Source: a bacterium
Lineage (GTDB): Bacteria > UBA8248
Direction of reading: 5' to 3'
NCBI GenBank assembly: GCA_965213685.1
Contig: CBDBZY010000061.1
Location: forward strand, 1 to 40,192
DNA length: 40,192 bases
Position numbers and translations under genes: made by a program. This document shows positions 30,268 to 40,192 of the stretch, piece after piece. Each line of letters starts with the position of its first letter. The first letter of the stretch is position 1. The notes beneath the pieces are model-generated. The model saw nothing but the letters and a program-made list of their open reading frames with translations, was not told where the DNA came from and ran no database searches.

Positions 30268-30547
30268 GGTCAAAGGGCAGGAAGTACACGTAACTGTACC
30301 ATCCATATAGTACAGGTATTCCCAAGGGAAGTGAACTGACTAATGATGACGGGATGTTCCCTGGCCACAAGCTCAGTGCCCCAAATGAACTTATGGCCAC
30401 CAGCATCCGCCTCACCACCTGTACTAGCAGGAAGACTACCATGTGGAAGAGGCTTCTTATATCCCTTCCCTTACCCATTCCTCTTCCTTCTCTTCCTTCT
30501 TTGACCTCTTTCCCACTCTCTCCTCCCTCCCTCCCCCCCCTCTTCAC

Positions 30548-31630
30548 TTACACTAGCTGCTTCAGAAAGGGTGGCTCTCCGTGGACCATCGGCCCAAATT
30601 TCACAGAGGGCAGCCTAACGTAAATCGGGTCCCCCAGATTCAAGTGCTCATGGAAAGTGGCAGGGGTCACCTCGTCGGGCTCCTTCTGGAACACCCCCAG
30701 ACGCTTGTAGTAGTAAGCGGCCATGAACGTGCAGATGATGAGGCTTCTCTCGACGTCGGACTTTGCTGCTCTGATAGCCGCTTGCTCTTTCAGAGAGAAG
30801 GGAATCCTCTCAACTTCGTCGATAGCTTTCATTGCATCCTCGACTGATATTGGAGTGTCTGTCTCGAGATACTGGACAGCAACTTTGTCGTAGTCGCCGT
30901 AGAAAATCCTGGTTGTCGCGGTGATGGGGTGGATGAAGCGAGGCTTGTTGGGACGGAACTTCTCCAGGGACAGCGGCTTTGTCTTCCCCTTCACCAGCAG
31001 CAGAGGGAAGAGAGGGTCACAGTCGCTGTGATTGATGAAGATGGCGACATTCGGGATGCCTTGTCCCCTGCGGTAGAGCAGAGCCAGGTCCCCTGTCCGA
31101 ATTGTCGGCTGAATGACTTTGAATTTTATCGGCTTTGTGTAGTCCGCGGGATCGAGCCGCTCCTGTTCTCCGAGTGCTGCCAGACTCTCGGTGCTGCCCA
31201 TGCTACGGAGAGAGAGCTCACTGTCCTTGTGGAGTCTCTCTACCTGGCGATTGGGCAGAGGTTTCTCTGGCATCCCTTGCCCACCTTCTTCCTCTCCCTC
31301 CCTCCCTCCCTCCTCTCCTCCCTCCTTCTCTTCCTCCTTCCCTCCGCCTCCTCCCTCCCCCCCCTCTGCCCCTCCCTCCTCTCCTCCCTCCTTCTCTTCC
31401 TCCTTCCCTCCGCCTCCTCCCTCCTCTCCTCCTTCCTTCCCTTCCTCCTCCCTCTTTTGCCCCTCCCCCTGCCCCTCCCCAGCCTCTGGAGGAGTGCCAG
31501 TTAGGTCAGCTACCTCCTTCTTCACAGCGGCCCCAGCCCCCAACTGGTCAGGAGCTGCCCCCGACTGGTCAGTTGGTTCCACTGGACTCGGTTGATATTT
31601 ATTCTTTGACTTGCTTGTCCAGTTGCCCAT
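30548..31630 (-). CDS. Myristoylated, degenerate permuted NlpC/P60-like protein, ~360 aa
   Basis: Acceptor just before MGNWTSKSK (MGxxxSK), then a Glu/Gly-rich linker, then TGDLALL, PNVAIF (His replaced by Asn), RIFYGDYDKVAVQYL, ICTFMAAYYYKRLG and VTPATF. A probable 5'UTR exon ends at 32151. A donor overlaps the stop (30551). Confidence 0.72.
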   Translation of the reverse strand: MGNWTSKSKNKYQPSPVEPTDQSGAAPDQLGAGAAVKKEVADLTGTPPEAGEGQGEGQKREEEGKEGGEEGGGGGKEEEKEGGEEGGAEGGEGGGGGKEEEKEGGEEGGREGEEEGGQGMPEKPLPNRQVERLHKDSELSLRSMGSTESLAALGEQERLDPADYTKPIKFKVIQPTIRTGDLALLYRRGQGIPNVAIFINHSDCDPLFPLLLVKGKTKPLSLEKFRPNKPRFIHPITATTRIFYGDYDKVAVQYLETDTPISVEDAMKAIDEVERIPFSLKEQAAIRAAKSDVERSLIICTFMAAYYYKRLGVFQKEPDEVTPATFHEHLNLGDPIYVRLPSVKFGPMVHGEPPFLKQLV

Positions 31631-31660
31631 GGTTACCTGTAGTAAGTTATCATCCGATGA

Positions 31661-31731
<71 letters not shown>

Positions 31732-32666
31732 GTGTATACACGAGCATATGATCAGTGGTGAGAGTACTGATACGTGCAATAATACTGTACCCACTCATTC
31801 TTAAGTACATGAACAATGATATTATATAGTACACTACATTAGAAGAAAGGAGGAAGGAAAAGAAGGAAGAAAGAAACGAACAAACACCAACAATTTGCAA
31901 CAGCCTCAAAGGCTTAGAAAAAAATATAATTATGTGTATGTACAGTGCACTACAGCTATTGCCATCACAGGTACGTGTGTAGACAGACGTTCATCAGCTA
32001 AACCACTGCCTCCAAATCGTCATCCGCAAGCGCAAAACACAGCTAACACATACGCATAACCAATGCAGTCTACATGTACAGTAATCATAGCGGATGCGTC
32101 TATTCACAAACCGTCCCCCCCCTCCCTCCCGCCCGCCCCCCTACCCTCACCTTCCAAAGAGAACGATGGGATAGGGCGCTCTGGTAACAGTCCTAAACTT
32201 TCCAAACACCTCACGAAATAGTCTCAACCCTTCCTGGTCGAACTCTTCCAATATTCTCCTTTCCACCTCGAAGGCTTCTATCGCCAGGTGCCCCGCTCTG
32301 CTCACGACCGGGCCGAGACGGCTACACACGATATAACAGCTCAGGAGGAAGAGAAGGAGGGATACGGGAGAGACACGGAGGCGGCCGCGCCACTGAGCGA
32401 ATTCACTAGCGTTACGCGAGAAGTGGGAGGAGAGATAATCTCGAACCGCTCTAGAAGAAAGTTCTCTTACAAGTAACAATATCATCGCAGTGAGTACTTG
32501 GAACCGCTACTTTCCATTCCAGACTACCGCCACCTTCTGCTTTGGCAACGCCACCCCGTCCGGTTTATAAATACAGAAACCTTGGGTGACGAAATAGAAT
32601 TCGAACTATGTCATTGGACCATGAATAAATAATATCCTTAGTATACTACAATATACGGAGATAATG

Positions 32667-37093
<4,427 letters not shown>

Positions 37094-37148
37094 GCTGTGC
37101 GCACAAGTGCATGCGGTCCTCAAACACCACTGTTAAACATGTGAACTT

Positions 37149-37174
37149 ATTGCCATGACAACAAGATCACGTGA
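37149..37174. promoter_or_regulatory. RFX X-box-like site (ATTGCCATGACAAC) plus E-box TCACGTGA upstream of STPG1
   Basis: Close to the X-box consensus GTTGCCATGGCAAC and ~55 bp upstream of the ATG of a ciliary-type gene. Confidence 0.55.
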
Positions 37175-37599
37175 GATGATCGGTGACGTAAACGTAAAAC
37201 CCGTACCGAATGGAAGATGGGATGGGCTAGTATCGGTGGGGCTATGCATGGGGGTGATTAGTGCCATAATCATATAGTTATTTTTTCTCTATACAAACGT
37301 CCCATAGAGTTGGTTGGCTTTTTTAGCGAATTTTTTTATAAGCTCTCTACGGCGATGAGCGGGGAGAAACGAGTGCAAGTTCAGTCGAATCGTGTACAGA
37401 AGGCATGGCTGATCGCATCAGCTAACTTCCTGCCCGCTCCAGTGCAAGCGCTTCTTTAACCATGACACCTATACAAATTAGTTATTTTTGTGGCAGATGG
37501 TTCGTGCTGAACGCGACAAGAAACTTCACCCTTAGGGTCAATTTAACCCTTGGGCACCCTCCAAATGGAAAGGGCTAAGTTCACCCTTCAATGATAAAA

Positions 37600-38072
37600 G
37601 ACGTACAGATAAAAGATACAAACAACAGAAAAAAAGGAAAAGAGGAAAAGAAGAAAGAGAAAATGTGAGAGAAAGCAGTAGAAAAAAGAAGAGGAAAAAT
37701 AAAAAAGGAAAGGCAAAAGAAAAAGAAAGAGCAATGAAAAACAAAAAGAAAAACAAGAAAAGAAAAAAGAAAATAAAAAGAAGAAAAAGAAAAAAGAAAA
37801 GGAAGAAAAAGAAAAGAAAAAAGGAAAACAAGAAAAAGAAAAAAGAGGAAAAGAAGAAAGAGAAAAAGTGAGAAAACAGTAGAAAAAAGAAAGGCAAAAG
37901 AAAGAGCAAAGGAAAAGAAAAGAAAAAGAAAAAAGAAAGAAAAAAGAAAAAGAAAAAGTAAAGGAAAAGAAAAAAAAGAAAAAGAAAAAGAAAAAGAAAA
38001 GGAAGAAAAAGAAAAGAAGAAAAAAGAAAAGAAGAAAAAGAACAGAGAAAAACAGAAAAAAGGAAACAAAAA
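37600..38072 (+). repeat. A-rich purine low-complexity tract (GAAAA-like), internally duplicated
   Basis: Directly visible; the block aaaaagaggaaaagaagaaagagaaaa.gtgaga..a.cagtagaaaaaagaa occurs twice. Confidence 0.9.
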
Positions 38073-38700
38073 GGGACGGCCTACGAGGTGAGGTCTTGGT
38101 GATTAGGTTACCACTATGTTATCCCCGCGTGAGCAGGGAGTGGCAGAGCTAGAGCACCCCTCCTCCTTGCAGCTGGCGGCTGACACCCCTAACCGCGATC
38201 CTCCGCAACTCTCTGGTGGGGTTAAGGGGAGGAGTCAGAGCGGCCCCCAGACCATACCGAGCTGCCAGCCCGTATTGCTCTGATCCTCTAGCCGGTTTCA
38301 GTCCGCCAACCCTCCGGGGTTCGAACCTATGCCGTCTAGTTCCCACGCTGAGATAAGTCACTTGGGACTACTGCTAGCCAATCGACTTGGCTACCAGGCC
38401 CTGGTCGGAAAGTAATGTAAAAGTTCTTCTATATATACCCGTCAACCAGTTATTCTGGCGGAAAAAAAAAGAAAAGAAAGAAGTCTTGGTTGGATTCGAA
38501 CCGGGACCTAGCGGTTTACGAGCCCACTCACGTATACCACTCTGCCATCCACCGCTTGCGACAGGCTAGGCACAATTTTTGTCATATATAGCTGAACATT
38601 GATTTTGCCATAGGCGACACGCCAAAGCCCGCTAATACGAGGCTCCACCCTACTTTGTGGGTGGTGCCTGGTACGGGTACGAGACTTCCTACCCGTAGAC
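38073..38700. mobile_element. Putative non-autonomous TE with a tRNA-like segment (38488-38548, minus strand)
   Basis: Minus-strand tggcagagtgg (A-box) ... ggttcgaatcc (B-box) followed by a T-run. CpG-rich, with no real ORF. Confidence 0.4.
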
Positions 38701-39919
38701 CAGTCTGGTTTCTAGACCTTCCGGTATGCGCATGTGCTTACAATGCTGCTAATGGAGGACACGGTCTAATTACTGTAGCTATGTAGCCTCTTGTAGAGCG
38801 GCCAGCTACGGAGCTACCCGCCAGGCTAGTGAGCGGCTTGCTTCTTCCACTGATTGCTTGGTCTCTGACCTTATTTCCTCAGCCTAGAACGTGAGGTGTT
38901 CGACTTCTCTCGTAGCATGTGATTGGTACAAGCCAGAAGGCTGCCTCTCCTGTGAGTACGGATAGCGGTTACAGACGTGCCGGAGCTATAATGTCTGTGG
39001 TCAGACTAAGCATATTCCAGTGCGTAAATGGCCGACTGTAGCGTGGTTAGCAGCGCGGCGCGGTGCGGCACGGTCTAGATCCATGGGGTCCACGCCCAAC
39101 TCAGTGCGCATTAATTAGTAATATTGACCTCGCCCATTTCGGTAAGGGACCTCTCAGGGCGACTCAGCGAAAGTCGTTGGCAGTTCTATTTTGGCTAGCT
39201 GAGTATTTCCGTGGCGGAAGACACACAAACGAGGTGGGTACAGGCCCGTCGCGAAGGTGGAAAGGTGAAGTGGGAGCAACCTCTAATTAACGCTCACTTT
39301 CAAATGCCGTGTGCGTTATTCCCGGCTCATTGCCTCCCTCAAACAAGCAGCCGGTAGTGCGTGGGTATGGCGAGTGTATTGGGTGACCACACCCTCGCTC
39401 GCAATACGTATTGACTATCCTCCAATTCACAGCCTATCAGACCCGACCCAGTACACACAAGACACCACCAGTAAAGTTTTCTAGAGAGTATTCAACGTGT
39501 AGAACGAGCTGGCGTCGGCGGTCGATGGCAGGACCATCGTCTGGTGTTGAGACAAAATGCTTTGCAGTAGCTGGACTGAAGCTCTGCCCATATTGGCTCT
39601 CGCCTTTCCCCAAATATATAGTGATCACGCACGTGATGACTATCCGTTGGAGGAAAGGGTCTGGGTATGAGACTAATCGGTGGCTGCTCAACTGAGGCAA
39701 TTTGACCTCATTTCCCCTCATGGTCGATTGAGTGCTGTAGCACTCGTAATGTGTTTACATGCACAGTCGACTTCACGCTTTATTCCTTTTTGTCTTCTCT
39801 CCCTCCTCCCCTCCCTCCTCCCTTCTCCCCTGCTCCCTTTACCGTGCTTCCCTGTCTCTCTCCCTCCCTCCTTCCCCCTATCTTCCCTCTTCTCCCCACC
39901 TCCCTCCTCCCCCCCCTAG

Positions 39920-40132
<213 letters not shown>

Positions 40133-40192
40133 TGAGGAGTGTGAGGTTAGGAGTGAGGGGTGAGGGGTGAGGGTGAGGGGGGAGGAGTAAGG

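Noticed and set aside
32147-32485. Upstream ORF as a coding N-terminus of the myristoylated NlpC/P60 gene
   Set aside because: Splicing 32151 to the next acceptor places a stop before the ATG, and MGxxxSK only makes sense as the true start. I treat it as 5'UTR.
38488-38548. Genuine tRNA genes (also 10060-10120 and 26965-27015)
   Set aside because: A and B boxes are present, but acceptor and anticodon stems do not pair properly, so SINE-like derivatives fit better.

Overview
Compact, intron-rich eukaryotic genomic DNA with GT-AG introns full of (TG)n/(GA)n/(CCCT)n tracts. It is probably from a demosponge, but that is an inference from gene style and repeat families. Most ORFs in the supplied track are microsatellite artefacts, so I rebuilt gene models by hand from splice sites and reading phase. 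In order, the window holds: the 3' end of a probable DNAAF2/kintoun gene; a tandem cluster of three 9-exon type I membrane receptors (signal peptide, 2 Ig-like, 3 FN3, a Cys-rich SEA-like domain, TM, tail); an orphan tail pseudo-exon and an inverted (TAC)n/(GTA)n structure; a MARVEL-like 4-TM gene; RPS7 and NDUFS5 on a bidirectional promoter; two tandem permuted NlpC/P60 (YiiX-like) genes; STPG1; TE-like sequence; and the first coding exon of ELOC. The main finding is that the three receptors have nearly identical ectodomains but different signalling ends. Two have uncharged TMs and long tyrosine-motif tails, and the third has Glu and Lys in its TM and a ~20-aa tail. This is the architecture of a paired immune/allorecognition receptor locus, with signs of exon-level gene conversion.
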